Shown here one piece after another: positions 50,683 through 61,052 of a DNA stretch of 64,000 nucleotides (its first letter is position 1; every line of letters begins with the position of its first letter). Source of the stretch: Flavobacteriales bacterium (GTDB lineage: Bacteria > Bacteroidota > Bacteroidia > UBA4408); assembly GCA_040374085.1 (NCBI GenBank), contig JBEIVB010000004.1, positions 79-64,078 on the forward strand. The letters are read 5' to 3'. Position numbers and translations under genes: made by a program. The notes under the pieces are model-generated. The model made no database searches. It saw only the letters and a list, made by a program, of their open reading frames with translations, and was not told the DNA's origin.

Positions 50683-51540
50683 ATGAATCCGTATTTGTCG
50701 GCTCTGGTGTTGGGCCTTTGTTTTCTCCCTTTGGCCATGGGAACCTTCCTGAGCTTGAGGGTTTTTAACCTTCCAGACATTACCACCGACGGTGCTTTTA
50801 CCCTGGGTGCCGCTGGCAGCGTGCTGGGACTGTTGGCAGGTTGGCCTCCGGAGCTAACGTTGGTGGTGGCCATGCTGTTGGGAACGGTGGCCGGCAGCAT
50901 TACCGGTATGCTCGTCGCCCGACTTCGATTGAATGCCTTGTTAAGCGGTTTGTTGGTTATGACCGCTCTTTACTCTGTAAACTTAGGCATGATGGGAAAA
51001 CCCAATATACCACTTATTGGGCAAGCAGAGGGCTATTTTCCTGCAGGCCATACCCCAATACACGGCCTGCTTTTGGCTTTGGCACCGGCGGCCATCATCG
51101 CTTTTGGATTATGGGCGCTTTTGCGCACCGATGCAGGCCTGGCGCTTAGGGCCAGCGGAAGCAACCCCGGCATGGCTGAGGCCATGGGGGTAGACACGAA
51201 AAAAATGCAGGTGCGTGGGTTGGCATTGGCCAACGGTTTAACCGCGCTGAGCGGTGCTCTGGCTGCACAGTACCAAGGTTTTGCCGACATCAACATGGGT
51301 ATGGGCATGGTAATGGTAGGCCTTGCTTCTGTCATGATGGGTGAGGCGTTTGCCTCTTTGCGCAACGTACAACCCCTTGGCTTGAGGCTGGCAGCCATTG
51401 CAGGCGGCACCCTTCTGTTTCGCTTGTTGTTGGCCGTGGCATTGGCAGCTGGAATAGAACCCATCTATCTGCGTTTGCTCACATCGGCCTTGGTTTTGGC
51501 ATTTGTGGTTGTCCCCAGCCTTCAAAAACGTGCGGTATGA
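50683..51540 (+). CDS. ABC transporter permease (COG4120-type)
   Basis: 285 aa and highly hydrophobic. It overlaps the downstream ATPase start by 4 nt. Confidence 0.8.
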   Translation: MNPYLSALVLGLCFLPLAMGTFLSLRVFNLPDITTDGAFTLGAAGSVLGLLAGWPPELTLVVAMLLGTVAGSITGMLVARLRLNALLSGLLVMTALYSVNLGMMGKPNIPLIGQAEGYFPAGHTPIHGLLLALAPAAIIAFGLWALLRTDAGLALRASGSNPGMAEAMGVDTKKMQVRGLALANGLTALSGALAAQYQGFADINMGMGMVMVGLASVMMGEAFASLRNVQPLGLRLAAIAGGTLLFRLLLAVALAAGIEPIYLRLLTSALVLAFVVVPSLQKRAV

Positions 51541-52283
51541 TTGGCCTCCAGAACATCACCCTACGGTTTGGCAGCGGAACTCCTCAGGAGCACACCGTTT
51601 TTCAGGACATCTCTCTTGCCCTTCAACCCGGGGAACTCACCATGCTGCTTGGGCCCAACGGCTCCGGAAAAAGCTCTCTCTTGGGTTTGCTTGCCGGAAC
51701 GGTTATGCCCAATCAGGGAAAGGTTATGGTGAACGGTACTGAGGTAACCCGATTGCCGGCGCATGCGCGGGCCTCATGGGTGGCAAGGGTTTTTCAAGAT
51801 CCCAAAGCCGGAACTGCCGCCGACCTCAGCATTTTGCACAACTTCCGTTTGGCTTCCCTACGCAATGCAGGTAAGTCGATGAGATGGGGCTCAGATGAAG
51901 CCTTTCGTCAGAAGGTGGCACAACAGGTGGTGAAGCTGGAAATGGGTCTCGAGCATCAACTCAACCGTCCCATGAGCTCGCTGAGCGGTGGGCAGCGCCA
52001 AGCTCTAACCTTGCTCATGGCCGGAATGGCACCTTGCACCCTGCTTCTGCTCGACGAGCCCACAGCTGCACTCGATCCACGCTCGGCTCAATTGGTTTTG
52101 GAGCTCACCCTGCAATTGGTTAAGGAGCACAAGGCTGCCGCTTTGCTCATTACCCACCAAATGAAAGACGCCCTGCAACATGGAGAACGCGTGCTGGTGC
52201 TGGGCCAAGGAAAAATTGCAGGCGATTTTAATGGCGCAGAGAGGAAAGGTCTGAGCGCCGAGAGATTACTGGAATTTTTCTGA
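51537..52283 (+). CDS. ABC transporter ATP-binding protein (COG1101-type)
   Basis: Walker A GPNGSGKSS, signature LSGGQRQA and Walker B LLLLDEPTAALD. Confidence 0.85.
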   Translation: MIGLQNITLRFGSGTPQEHTVFQDISLALQPGELTMLLGPNGSGKSSLLGLLAGTVMPNQGKVMVNGTEVTRLPAHARASWVARVFQDPKAGTAADLSILHNFRLASLRNAGKSMRWGSDEAFRQKVAQQVVKLEMGLEHQLNRPMSSLSGGQRQALTLLMAGMAPCTLLLLDEPTAALDPRSAQLVLELTLQLVKEHKAAALLITHQMKDALQHGERVLVLGQGKIAGDFNGAERKGLSAERLLEFF

Positions 52284-52296
52284 CCTTTGATAAGGC

Positions 52297-52851
52297 ATGC
52301 AAACCAGATTCCTCGAAAAGCAATACATCGGTTATAATCGTTTGTCTATATTATTGAGGCTGGTGCTGATGCTGTGCTGTTTCACCGGGTATTATTGGAG
52401 CGAGAATCCAAACCCTGTGGTTACCCGAATTGGCGATATCCGCATTGGTTCATATCCTGGAAAAGACCTTCCACAGTCGGGCGAGCTTTTCTTTATTCTG
52501 GGCTGTGCCCTGGTAGTGTGGAGCATTGTGCTGTTGTTTGTGCTGCATGTGCGCATAGAAATCAGCGAGGGCCTCCTGAAGCTTCAGGGAAGATGGGGTA
52601 CCCGACGTATGGAAGCAGCGGTAAGTGAGGTTGTGTTCGTACGCTGCGTGGAAGTTCCGTATGCCGATGTGCAGCGCCCCCTTCTTAGCCAAAAAAACAA
52701 AGGACAACTTCGATATTATACCTGGGGCGATGAGGCTGTCGAGATCAGCCTGAAGAGCGGGCAAAGGCTGGTGGTGGGAACCCAAAGAGCCAATGAGCTG
52801 GTAACCATCCTTCGCCAAGTCAACCCCGATGTGAAGGTGTTGGAGGCGTAA
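52297..52851 (+). CDS. Hypothetical membrane protein, possibly with a bacterial PH-like C-terminal domain
   Basis: Two TM segments followed by a soluble C-terminal ~90 aa; tentative. Confidence 0.45.
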   Translation: MQTRFLEKQYIGYNRLSILLRLVLMLCCFTGYYWSENPNPVVTRIGDIRIGSYPGKDLPQSGELFFILGCALVVWSIVLLFVLHVRIEISEGLLKLQGRWGTRRMEAAVSEVVFVRCVEVPYADVQRPLLSQKNKGQLRYYTWGDEAVEISLKSGQRLVVGTQRANELVTILRQVNPDVKVLEA

Positions 52852-52982
52852 TGCTTGTAGGCGTTTCAAACAAGGGCATTTTCCGCGAGGCACTTGCCTG
52901 AATCAGACTGACCCAACTTTTTTGAGATGGGATTAAACCATTTGGTCATGCAGAGGTCGAACGTGAAAATCGTCTCATTGCC

Positions 52983-54638
52983 ATGCAACATCAATCCTTC
53001 GGTTACCGCGTTCGCAGCTTCTTTCTTGTGGCCTCAATCCTGGTGTTTGCCGGGGTTGTGCGGGCTCAAACCTATTCCATTATTTTGGGTCGCCCCACCG
53101 ATGTCTCCATTACCGCCAGCGTAATGTTTGAACAAAACGCAGATTTCTATTTGCAATACGGCACACAGCCGGGCGCCTACACCCAAACCACCAATACCTT
53201 TTCCACGGTTACCAATACACCCATTGAAGTTGATCTACAAAATTTAACGGCCAATACCCGATACTTCTATATTATGAAATACCGGGCCAGTGGAGCATCA
53301 AGTTACCTCACCAGTCCGGAGTACTCTTTCCATACCCAGCGTGCACTGGGCAGTTCCTTCACCTTTACGGTTGAATCGGATGAGCACCTGTATGATAAAA
53401 AAGGAGTGAAGAGCATGTACGACATCACGTTGGCAAACCAAGCTGCAGACAATCCCGATTTCATGCTGTCGCTGGGCGATATTTTTGGAGACGATCACGA
53501 ACCCTTTACCATCACTTCAGGTGAGTTGGACACCCTGCATCGGGATTACAGGCCATTTTTGGGCAGGATTTGTCATTCGGTCCCCTTTTACGTTTGCTTG
53601 GGCAACCACGAAGGTGAAAACGACTATTACTACAACCAGAACCCCCCGAATAACCTCTGCATCTGGGGTACTCAGTGGAGGAAGTTTTATTATCCAAACC
53701 CATATCCGAATAGCTTTTACAGCGGCAACACAGCTGCCGAGCCTTATGGCATTGGCAACCCGGAAAACTACTATTCATGGCAGTGGGGCAATGCTTTGTT
53801 TGTGGTATTGGATGTTTACCGTGATCAGTGCGATACTGCTGCAAAGCCCGGATCCTGGAACTGGAGCTTGGGCTTACCTCAGTATACGTGGTTGAAAAAC
53901 ACGTTGGAAGGCAGTTCGGCTCAGTACAAATTCGTATTCGCTCACCACGTTCGTGGGCAAGGCAGAGGAGGCATTACCAACGCCAAGCTGTTTGAATGGG
54001 GTGGATACGACGGACCCGGCGGAGCCAACTACAGCTTTCCAAACAAACGGCCCGGTTGGGCAAAGCCCATCCATAAACTGTTTCAAGACAATGGGGTGAA
54101 CATCTTCTTTCAAGGCCACGACCACGTGTTTGCGCATGAGAAGTTGGATAGCGTAACTTATCAGGCCGTTCCTATGGCCGCAGACTCAACTTATGAAATT
54201 GGGTTTCTGGCCAACGCTGGTGCCTATGTTTCAGATACCTTGCCCGGAACCGGGCACCTGCGGGTTAACGTCACGCCATCTTGTATCAAAGTAGATTTTG
54301 TGCGGGCTTATCTTCCTGCAGACACCCTTTCGGGTCTGCATCACAACGGCGAGGTTGCATTCAGTTACACCATAGGTACATGTTCCACCTCGGGCATAAA
54401 CGCAATGGAGCGTGATTTTGTGCAGGTCTTTCCAAATCCGGCCAACGACCGCATTACCCTGATGTTTGATCAAAGCCAAAAGCAACACCTCACCCGTTTG
54501 CTCGATGCCTATGGACAACCTATTCTACAAACCCAATTCAACAGCCTAGATATCGCTCAAGTTCCAAACGGCATCTACCTTTTGCAAATCGAGACCGAGC
54601 GTTACAGAACGACAAAGAAATTGGTTGTTCAGCATTAA
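52983..54638 (+). CDS. Calcineurin-like metallophosphoesterase (purple-acid-phosphatase-like) with a T9SS C-terminal sorting domain
   Basis: GDIFGDDH and LGNHEGEN metal-binding motifs, GHDHVFAHE, and the C-terminus VFPNPANDRITLMF...GIYLLQIETERYRTTKKLVVQH. Confidence 0.8.
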   Translation: MQHQSFGYRVRSFFLVASILVFAGVVRAQTYSIILGRPTDVSITASVMFEQNADFYLQYGTQPGAYTQTTNTFSTVTNTPIEVDLQNLTANTRYFYIMKYRASGASSYLTSPEYSFHTQRALGSSFTFTVESDEHLYDKKGVKSMYDITLANQAADNPDFMLSLGDIFGDDHEPFTITSGELDTLHRDYRPFLGRICHSVPFYVCLGNHEGENDYYYNQNPPNNLCIWGTQWRKFYYPNPYPNSFYSGNTAAEPYGIGNPENYYSWQWGNALFVVLDVYRDQCDTAAKPGSWNWSLGLPQYTWLKNTLEGSSAQYKFVFAHHVRGQGRGGITNAKLFEWGGYDGPGGANYSFPNKRPGWAKPIHKLFQDNGVNIFFQGHDHVFAHEKLDSVTYQAVPMAADSTYEIGFLANAGAYVSDTLPGTGHLRVNVTPSCIKVDFVRAYLPADTLSGLHHNGEVAFSYTIGTCSTSGINAMERDFVQVFPNPANDRITLMFDQSQKQHLTRLLDAYGQPILQTQFNSLDIAQVPNGIYLLQIETERYRTTKKLVVQH

Positions 54639-54672
54639 TAAAAAGTTGTTTTTACTGTTCCAAAAAATCATC

Positions 54673-56388
54673 ATGAAAACACTATATGCAACTTGGCTCT
54701 TGGTTCTTTTCCTGCTTGGCAATACCCAAGCACAAAACCTTTTGCGGAGTGAGCTCCTAGGCAAACCCACGGCCAGCAGCATAACCCTAAACATGATGTT
54801 CGGCGATGCTGCCGAAGTTCGTGTGGAATACGGAACCGCAAGCGGAACATACTCCGGTCAAACCCCATGGCAAAGCTTTGCAGCAGGTGTGCCTGCGGTG
54901 ATAACCGTTTCAGGACTTCAACCCGATACACGTTATTTTTACCGGGTAAATCATCGGGTTCCGGGAAATACTAATCCCGTGCTGAGGGCAGAACATACCT
55001 TTCACACCCAGCGCGCGGCGTCAAGCTCCTTCAGCTTTGTGGTGCAGGCCGATCCGCACATGGACAACCAAAGCGATACCGCCCTCTATCGTCTTTGTCT
55101 GCGCAACCAGCTCGAGGATAATCCTGACTTTATGATTGATTTGGGCGACATTTTGATGACGGACAAGCTCAAAAATTCTCAGAACGTTATACCTCAAGAT
55201 ACCATCCCCTATCGATGCAATTTGCTGCGTTCGTATTATGAATCTTCTACGCACTCTGTTCCTTTGTTCATTGCCTTGGGTAACCACGAAGGAGAATCGG
55301 GTTGGAACTTGAACGGCACGGCCAACAACATTGCCGTCTGGGGAACCAAAGAGAGGCAAAAATATTTCCTTAACCCTGTTCCCGATGGGTTTTATACCGG
55401 AGACACCACTCAGTTTCCGTTTGTAGGCAAGCGAGGTGCATATTATGCTTGGACCTGGGGCAGCGCATTGTTTATCGTGTTGGATCCGTACTGGTCTACT
55501 GCACCCAAACCCGACTCCCTCCACGGCTGGCGCTGGACCTTGGGTCAGACTCAATACAATTGGTTGAAAACCACCCTCGAAAACTCAAACGCAACGTTCA
55601 AGTTTGTGTTTGCTCATCAGCTTGTGGGAGGCGATCCGGATGGACGAGGTGGGGTTGAATTTGCCAATCGTTATGAATGGGGAGGCAACAATCTCGATGG
55701 AACCCCCGGCTTTGCAGCCAACCGGCCAGGATGGTACAAACCCATAAAGGACCTGCTTACGGAGCACCGTGTAAACATATTTTTTCACGGGCACGATCAT
55801 TTTTTTGGGAAACAAAAGCTGGATTGTATGGTGTATCAGGAGACTCCTCAACCCAGCCATCCGAACTTTTCTAACGTCAATTATGCAGCCACTTATGGCT
55901 ATCTCAGCGGGCAAATTTTACCTCAATCGGGTCACTTGCGGGTCAATGTGAGTCCAACAGGTGTACAGGTAGATTATGTGAGGGCCTATCTGCCTCAAAA
56001 CGAAACCTCCACACGTCATAATAAAGACGTATCGGCCACCTACTTCATTGGCGCTACCAATTGCTACGACTCTCTTGATACCGGTGTGCCGGTTATCTGG
56101 AACAGCCAGTATGCCGATGAAATGGTTTACCCGAATCCATTTTCTACTCAAACACAAATTGAGTTTTCAGTTGCCGAAGCGGAGAACATTACCTTGGCTT
56201 TATTTAACTCTTATGGGCAGCTTGTACGTTACCTTATAGCAGGCAACAAGCTTCAGACCGGTAAATATCATGTGTTATGGGATGGTAGAGACCGCTTCGA
56301 TCAGCCTGCACCTCCAGGAACATATTACTATCAGCTCTCCGGTGCATCTTCCGGAACCCGTGCAGGTAAAATCATCTTAAGCAAATAA
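54673..56388 (+). CDS. Calcineurin-like metallophosphoesterase with a T9SS C-terminal sorting domain, paralogue of the preceding gene
   Basis: The same motif set (GDILMTD, GNHEGESGWN, HGHDHFF) and C-terminus VYPNPFSTQTQIEF...GTYYYQL.... The likely start is MKTLYATW; the tracked ORF starts at 54625. Confidence 0.8.
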   Translation: MKTLYATWLLVLFLLGNTQAQNLLRSELLGKPTASSITLNMMFGDAAEVRVEYGTASGTYSGQTPWQSFAAGVPAVITVSGLQPDTRYFYRVNHRVPGNTNPVLRAEHTFHTQRAASSSFSFVVQADPHMDNQSDTALYRLCLRNQLEDNPDFMIDLGDILMTDKLKNSQNVIPQDTIPYRCNLLRSYYESSTHSVPLFIALGNHEGESGWNLNGTANNIAVWGTKERQKYFLNPVPDGFYTGDTTQFPFVGKRGAYYAWTWGSALFIVLDPYWSTAPKPDSLHGWRWTLGQTQYNWLKTTLENSNATFKFVFAHQLVGGDPDGRGGVEFANRYEWGGNNLDGTPGFAANRPGWYKPIKDLLTEHRVNIFFHGHDHFFGKQKLDCMVYQETPQPSHPNFSNVNYAATYGYLSGQILPQSGHLRVNVSPTGVQVDYVRAYLPQNETSTRHNKDVSATYFIGATNCYDSLDTGVPVIWNSQYADEMVYPNPFSTQTQIEFSVAEAENITLALFNSYGQLVRYLIAGNKLQTGKYHVLWDGRDRFDQPAPPGTYYYQLSGASSGTRAGKIILSK

Positions 56389-56393
56389 ACCCA

Positions 56394-58019
56394 ATGAAAA
56401 AGCTCGCCCTCTTCCTTTTTCTTTTTGCTGCCCTTGGCGCGACACGCGCTCACGATTTGCGCTATCAAAATCTGCCGTTAAAGCAGTGGCACCTAAAGGG
56501 TAAGGCCCAACCGGTTTCCGGTTCTTTCTATCTGCTAAAAGAAGGAACTCTTTATTTAGAAGACCCTGAGGGTGCCATCATCACGCTTCCCATCTCCGCG
56601 CTTTCATCTGAAGATCGCCGGTATGCAGTTCAAAAAAATCAGCGCATACTTGAGTTGAATCAAACACTTCCGTCTTCCATTAAAGTTTCGTCGGCGTCTT
56701 CTCGTTTGCATGTAGATACCAGGTTTTTGGTGTTGTTCTTCATGTTGCTTGTTTTAGCTTGGTTCAGTGTGTTGGCGGCCAATAAAAAGCGTTTGAAGTA
56801 TATTATTCCGGTTTGGGCCGTTGGCGTAGGCGCTGGCTTGTTAAGCTTTGGCAGTAAGTCCATCAGCTTTTCTCCAAGCGCGGCATCACCTGCTGCAATT
56901 GATTCTGCCTTCATACCCTTTAAGCCAAATGTTCACACCTTCTGGGATACCAACTACTTTTATGTGGAATCGAAAGGCATACCAACTACCCATACCATGA
57001 TGGTGGGCATTTCGAATCATGGTTGGCAGCAGCAGGTTCCCATTCCACAGTGTTATATCGGAAGCAATTCATGGCCCATCCCTTTGCATCCGGTAATGGC
57101 GGCAAACCCAATTCCTGTAGACAACATTCATTTTACCCGTGGCGCCATTGCCATTGCTGCCAATGGTGTTGCCATATTTAATGTACATACCAACACGGGC
57201 GTTGATTCTTATTTGGATGGGCAGCTGGATGCCTTTGGCGGGCATTGCGGCCGGGCCGACGACTATCATTATCACATTGCTCCTTTGCACTTGTATGCTT
57301 ATACCAGCATCAGCAAGCCCATTGCCTACGGTTTGGATGGCTTTCCTGTGTTTGGGAGCGTAGAACCCGATGGTGCTCCCATGCAGGCCTTGGATGTGAA
57401 TCACGGTCACCCCTACAACGGTGGGTATCATTATCACGGGACTGCTTCAGCCCCTTATATGATTGCTCAGATGGCCGGTCAGGTAACAGAAGACAATACC
57501 CATCAGCTCATTCCTCAAGCGGCCGCGCACCCGGTGCGTCCTGCTCTAACTCCGTTAAATGGAGCCCTCATCACCTCCTGTATGCCTAACGCCTCCAATA
57601 ACGGTTATATACTAGGATACACCCGCAACGGAAATCAAAACTCCATTGACTACAGCTGGAATCAAACCGGTCAGTATGTATTCAAGTTTTATGGAAATGG
57701 CAACCTCGATTCTACCAAGAATTACAACGGCGCGTCTCCTTGTTCGGTTCCGGATGGTTTTTCTCGCTATGGAATGGCTTCTTTTGGTATTGAGGTTTTT
57801 CCAAATCCAAGCTCAGGACATTTCCGTTTGCAGTTCCGCGACCCTGCTTTGGTTCAGAGGGTTAAAAGTATTGCATTATATAACCTGCAAGGAAAAATTT
57901 TGGTGGAGAGTCGCTTCCCTTTGCAGGACATCGACGCTGAGCAGCTGCCTAATGGGATTTACCTGCTTCGCATTCGCCTGGAAGATGGGGATCAAATTCG
58001 CAAAGTGATTCTCCAATAA
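56394..58019 (+). CDS. YHYH-motif protein with a T9SS C-terminal sorting domain
   Basis: GGHCGRADDYHYHIAPL and a second GYHYHG motif, with C-terminus VFPNPSSGHFRLQF...GIYLLRIRLEDGDQIRKVILQ. Confidence 0.7.
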   Translation: MKKLALFLFLFAALGATRAHDLRYQNLPLKQWHLKGKAQPVSGSFYLLKEGTLYLEDPEGAIITLPISALSSEDRRYAVQKNQRILELNQTLPSSIKVSSASSRLHVDTRFLVLFFMLLVLAWFSVLAANKKRLKYIIPVWAVGVGAGLLSFGSKSISFSPSAASPAAIDSAFIPFKPNVHTFWDTNYFYVESKGIPTTHTMMVGISNHGWQQQVPIPQCYIGSNSWPIPLHPVMAANPIPVDNIHFTRGAIAIAANGVAIFNVHTNTGVDSYLDGQLDAFGGHCGRADDYHYHIAPLHLYAYTSISKPIAYGLDGFPVFGSVEPDGAPMQALDVNHGHPYNGGYHYHGTASAPYMIAQMAGQVTEDNTHQLIPQAAAHPVRPALTPLNGALITSCMPNASNNGYILGYTRNGNQNSIDYSWNQTGQYVFKFYGNGNLDSTKNYNGASPCSVPDGFSRYGMASFGIEVFPNPSSGHFRLQFRDPALVQRVKSIALYNLQGKILVESRFPLQDIDAEQLPNGIYLLRIRLEDGDQIRKVILQ

Positions 58020-58033
58020 AGTTAGGGGTTGAA

Positions 58034-59272
58034 ATGTATAAGCAGATCCGTCTGATTTTCTTTTTCGTTGTAATGGGTCTTCAAGCAAGAGCCCAATATA
58101 CCGGCACCGCTTCTGTAACCCAAGGTTTGGCCACCCTAACCCAATCGAATCTGTATACCTGCACAGGTGGCCGCGTTACCAATTTGGGAACCATTACAGC
58201 AACCGACAATACCGTTTGGACGGTGCCTGCATCAACCTTGTTTACCCAAGCAACAACGCCATTTGCCTCGGATTTATACAATGGATGCAATGGACATACC
58301 TACACCAATACCAACGCAGCATTGCAGGCATTAGGTGGCAGCGATGTACAAACCGTGGATGCGGATGGAGAAATAATATCCGCTTTTGTTTTTGCCGATA
58401 ATTATTTTGAGTTGTTCATAAATGGACAAATGGTGGGCAAGGATAGGGTTCCATATACACCTTTCAACTCCAGCATAATTCGATTTCGTGTTAAGCGACC
58501 CTTCAGCATTGCCTTCCATTTGGTAGATTGGGAAGAGCATTTAGGCTTGGGTGCCGAAGCCAGCGGAGGGTTTGCCTATCATGACGGGGATGGTGGATTG
58601 GTGGCCATTTTCAAAGATGCAGCCAATGCCGTTGTTGCTAAAACCGATGCTTCTTGGAAAGCGCAAACCTTTTACACCGCGCCCATTCAAAATTTATCTT
58701 GTCCGAGTGAAAACGGAACCTTGCGTCTTTCCGGAGCATGCAGCACGGCCGATGTTCAGGATGGCACATTCTTTTATGCACTCCATTGGCCTTTACCTGC
58801 GAGTTGCTTTGATGCCAATTTTGCCGACGGCGACTGGCCCAATGCAACCGTTTATTCCAACGCTGATGTTGGGGTTAACAACAAACCGGCATACACCAAT
58901 TTTACCGACCTGTTTGATGCCGTTGGAAACGATGCAGAATTCATTTGGAGCACCAATCTTATTTTGGATAATGAGGTGGTGGTACGCCATTTTGTTCCTG
59001 AAAACACCGGCATAGAGCAGGGTCAGAAATCGAATCCTTGGTTTAGGGTTTCTCCGAATCCCGTCACTGAGCACATGCCCCTAAAGCTCGAATTTTTGCC
59101 CGGTGCACCCAAGGTAGAAAAGCTCAGCATCCACAATGCACTTGGTGTAAACATGTACGAGACATCTTCCTGTCCTTTTCAGCCGTTAATTACCGGATTT
59201 CCCCAAGGCACCTATTTTATAACCATTTGGCACAGCATGGGCCGGCAAACCACCACATTCATCGTACTCTAA
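58034..59272 (+). CDS. Hypothetical secreted protein with a T9SS C-terminal sorting domain
   Basis: Signal peptide, then C-terminus RVSPNPVTEHMPLKLEF...GTYFITIWHSMGRQTTTFIVL. Confidence 0.65.
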   Translation: MYKQIRLIFFFVVMGLQARAQYTGTASVTQGLATLTQSNLYTCTGGRVTNLGTITATDNTVWTVPASTLFTQATTPFASDLYNGCNGHTYTNTNAALQALGGSDVQTVDADGEIISAFVFADNYFELFINGQMVGKDRVPYTPFNSSIIRFRVKRPFSIAFHLVDWEEHLGLGAEASGGFAYHDGDGGLVAIFKDAANAVVAKTDASWKAQTFYTAPIQNLSCPSENGTLRLSGACSTADVQDGTFFYALHWPLPASCFDANFADGDWPNATVYSNADVGVNNKPAYTNFTDLFDAVGNDAEFIWSTNLILDNEVVVRHFVPENTGIEQGQKSNPWFRVSPNPVTEHMPLKLEFLPGAPKVEKLSIHNALGVNMYETSSCPFQPLITGFPQGTYFITIWHSMGRQTTTFIVL

Positions 59273-60456
59273 TGAAAAGCACAGTACTTTCCACTTTCTT
59301 TCTTTTCGCTCTTTCAATCGCCTCTTTCGGTCAAAGTGTACAAAAAACCATGCTGCGCTTGCCTGATACAGGGCAAACATCGAGTTATACCAATTCACCT
59401 GGGGAGGACAGCGATTTCCTAATTCATCCTCCTGCATTTATAGACAACGGAAACGGAACCGTTACCGATACGGTTACGGGCTTAATGTGGCAGAAGGCAG
59501 ATGGAGGTGAAATGACCATTGAAAGCGCCCAAACATACTGCAATGCGCTCGCTCTTGGTGGGTACACAGATTGGCGCCTACCCAATGCGCATGAGGCGTT
59601 TAGCATACTTAATCATCAGAATGCAAACCCTTCATTAAATACATCTGTGTTTACTCCATCTCTTGCCGAGTATTGGTGGTCATCCGATCGCCAAGCCAAC
59701 GACAGCAATAAGGTTTGGGCAACCAACTCCGGTGGTGGAATTGGCAATCATCCAAAGGCCGAAACCATCAGTGCAGGTGGTAACAAGAAGTTTCATGTAA
59801 GAGCTTTGCGCAGCACGTTTTCTCCACAAACCTTTCCCGCCCACTTCATGGACAATGGCAATGGAACGGTTACCGATGTCCTCACTCAGCTGGTTTGGCA
59901 GAAGGCGCCGTATTCTGATACGCTTTCTTGGGAACAATCTTTAGCTTATGCAGACTCCCTCTCCCTTGGAGGCATTGCCCAATGGAGGCTGCCTAATATA
60001 AAAGAACTCCAATCCATAAACGATGAAAAGAGGATCAATCCTTCACTCAATCCCACCGTATTTTCTGCAGCCAATGCCCGAAAATATTGGTCGTCTACAA
60101 GTCTGCCGAATCAAACTACAAAGGCTTGGTATCTGAGTACACAATTCGGCATCACGACTTACGATACCAAAACGGAAAAACATTATGTGCTGTGCGTTAG
60201 TGGAAATCCCGTTCTTACAGGAGTTCCTTCCATTGAACCGGACGTATGGTTGGCTTTTCCAAATCCATTTCACAGTTTCATTCGCATGCCTTTCATTCCT
60301 GCATCTACAACTTGTTTGCTTTCAAATGCTATGGGCCAATTGGTATATAGGGGAAACGCATTAAACGAACAGGATTTTTCTTCTCTACCAAGAGGCTTGT
60401 ATGTCCTTACCATCCTAGGCCCCAGTACAATTGTGAAAAAGCTGATTAAGGAGTAA
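59272..60456 (+). CDS. DUF1566 (Lcl C-terminal-like) repeat protein with a T9SS C-terminal sorting domain
   Basis: Two copies of ...TVTDxxTGLxWQKA...(A/S)xxYCxxLxLGGxxDWRLPNxxE.... The C-terminus reads AFPNPFHSFIRMPF...GLYVLTILGPSTIVKKLIKE. The start ATG shares 1 nt with the upstream stop. Confidence 0.75.
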   Translation: MKSTVLSTFFLFALSIASFGQSVQKTMLRLPDTGQTSSYTNSPGEDSDFLIHPPAFIDNGNGTVTDTVTGLMWQKADGGEMTIESAQTYCNALALGGYTDWRLPNAHEAFSILNHQNANPSLNTSVFTPSLAEYWWSSDRQANDSNKVWATNSGGGIGNHPKAETISAGGNKKFHVRALRSTFSPQTFPAHFMDNGNGTVTDVLTQLVWQKAPYSDTLSWEQSLAYADSLSLGGIAQWRLPNIKELQSINDEKRINPSLNPTVFSAANARKYWSSTSLPNQTTKAWYLSTQFGITTYDTKTEKHYVLCVSGNPVLTGVPSIEPDVWLAFPNPFHSFIRMPFIPASTTCLLSNAMGQLVYRGNALNEQDFSSLPRGLYVLTILGPSTIVKKLIKE

Positions 60457-60466
60457 GTGTTGGGCG

Positions 60467-61027
60467 ATGCTTGAAACCTGCATACAATACCTTTCACTTG
60501 GTTTCGAGCACGTTATTCCTTTGGGTTTTGACCATATTCTTTTTATGGTATCCATCTACTTCCTTGCATCGGATGTTAGGGCGGTGGTTGTATCCTGTTC
60601 CGTGTTTACCCTGGCTCATAGTCTCTCTCTGGGCATAACGGCCGGAGGGCGCTACGTTCCTGATCCCGCTTGGGTTGAACCCATCGTTGCTTTTTCTATT
60701 GTAGTTACCGCTCTTGCCAACATTGTGCGCATCGGCTCGGGAGCCAATCGCTTGGTGGCTATTTTCTTTTTTGGCCTGATCCATGGAATGGGCTTTGCAC
60801 GAGCCCTGCAAGAGGTGGGATTGCCCAAGGGGAGTTTTCTTCCTGCCCTTCTATCGTTTAATGTAGGCGTTGAACTGGGTCAGTTGGTGGTAATCTTTGC
60901 CGTGTATGTGGGGGTTGTCAGATGGTTTTCTGAAAAGCCTTGGTATCGCAGCAGGATTGTTATGCCGGCATCCTCCATTATGGCATGCATCGCACTTTAT
61001 TGGACAATTGAGCGTATATTATTATGA
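60467..61027 (+). CDS. HupE/UreJ family membrane protein (putative Ni/Co uptake accessory protein)
   Basis: Six TM segments, HSLSLG and GLIHGMGFA motifs, and a conserved VGVELGQ. Confidence 0.7.
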   Translation: MLETCIQYLSLGFEHVIPLGFDHILFMVSIYFLASDVRAVVVSCSVFTLAHSLSLGITAGGRYVPDPAWVEPIVAFSIVVTALANIVRIGSGANRLVAIFFFGLIHGMGFARALQEVGLPKGSFLPALLSFNVGVELGQLVVIFAVYVGVVRWFSEKPWYRSRIVMPASSIMACIALYWTIERILL

Positions 61028-61052
61028 TTTAAATAGTATGGTATGGCGATAT

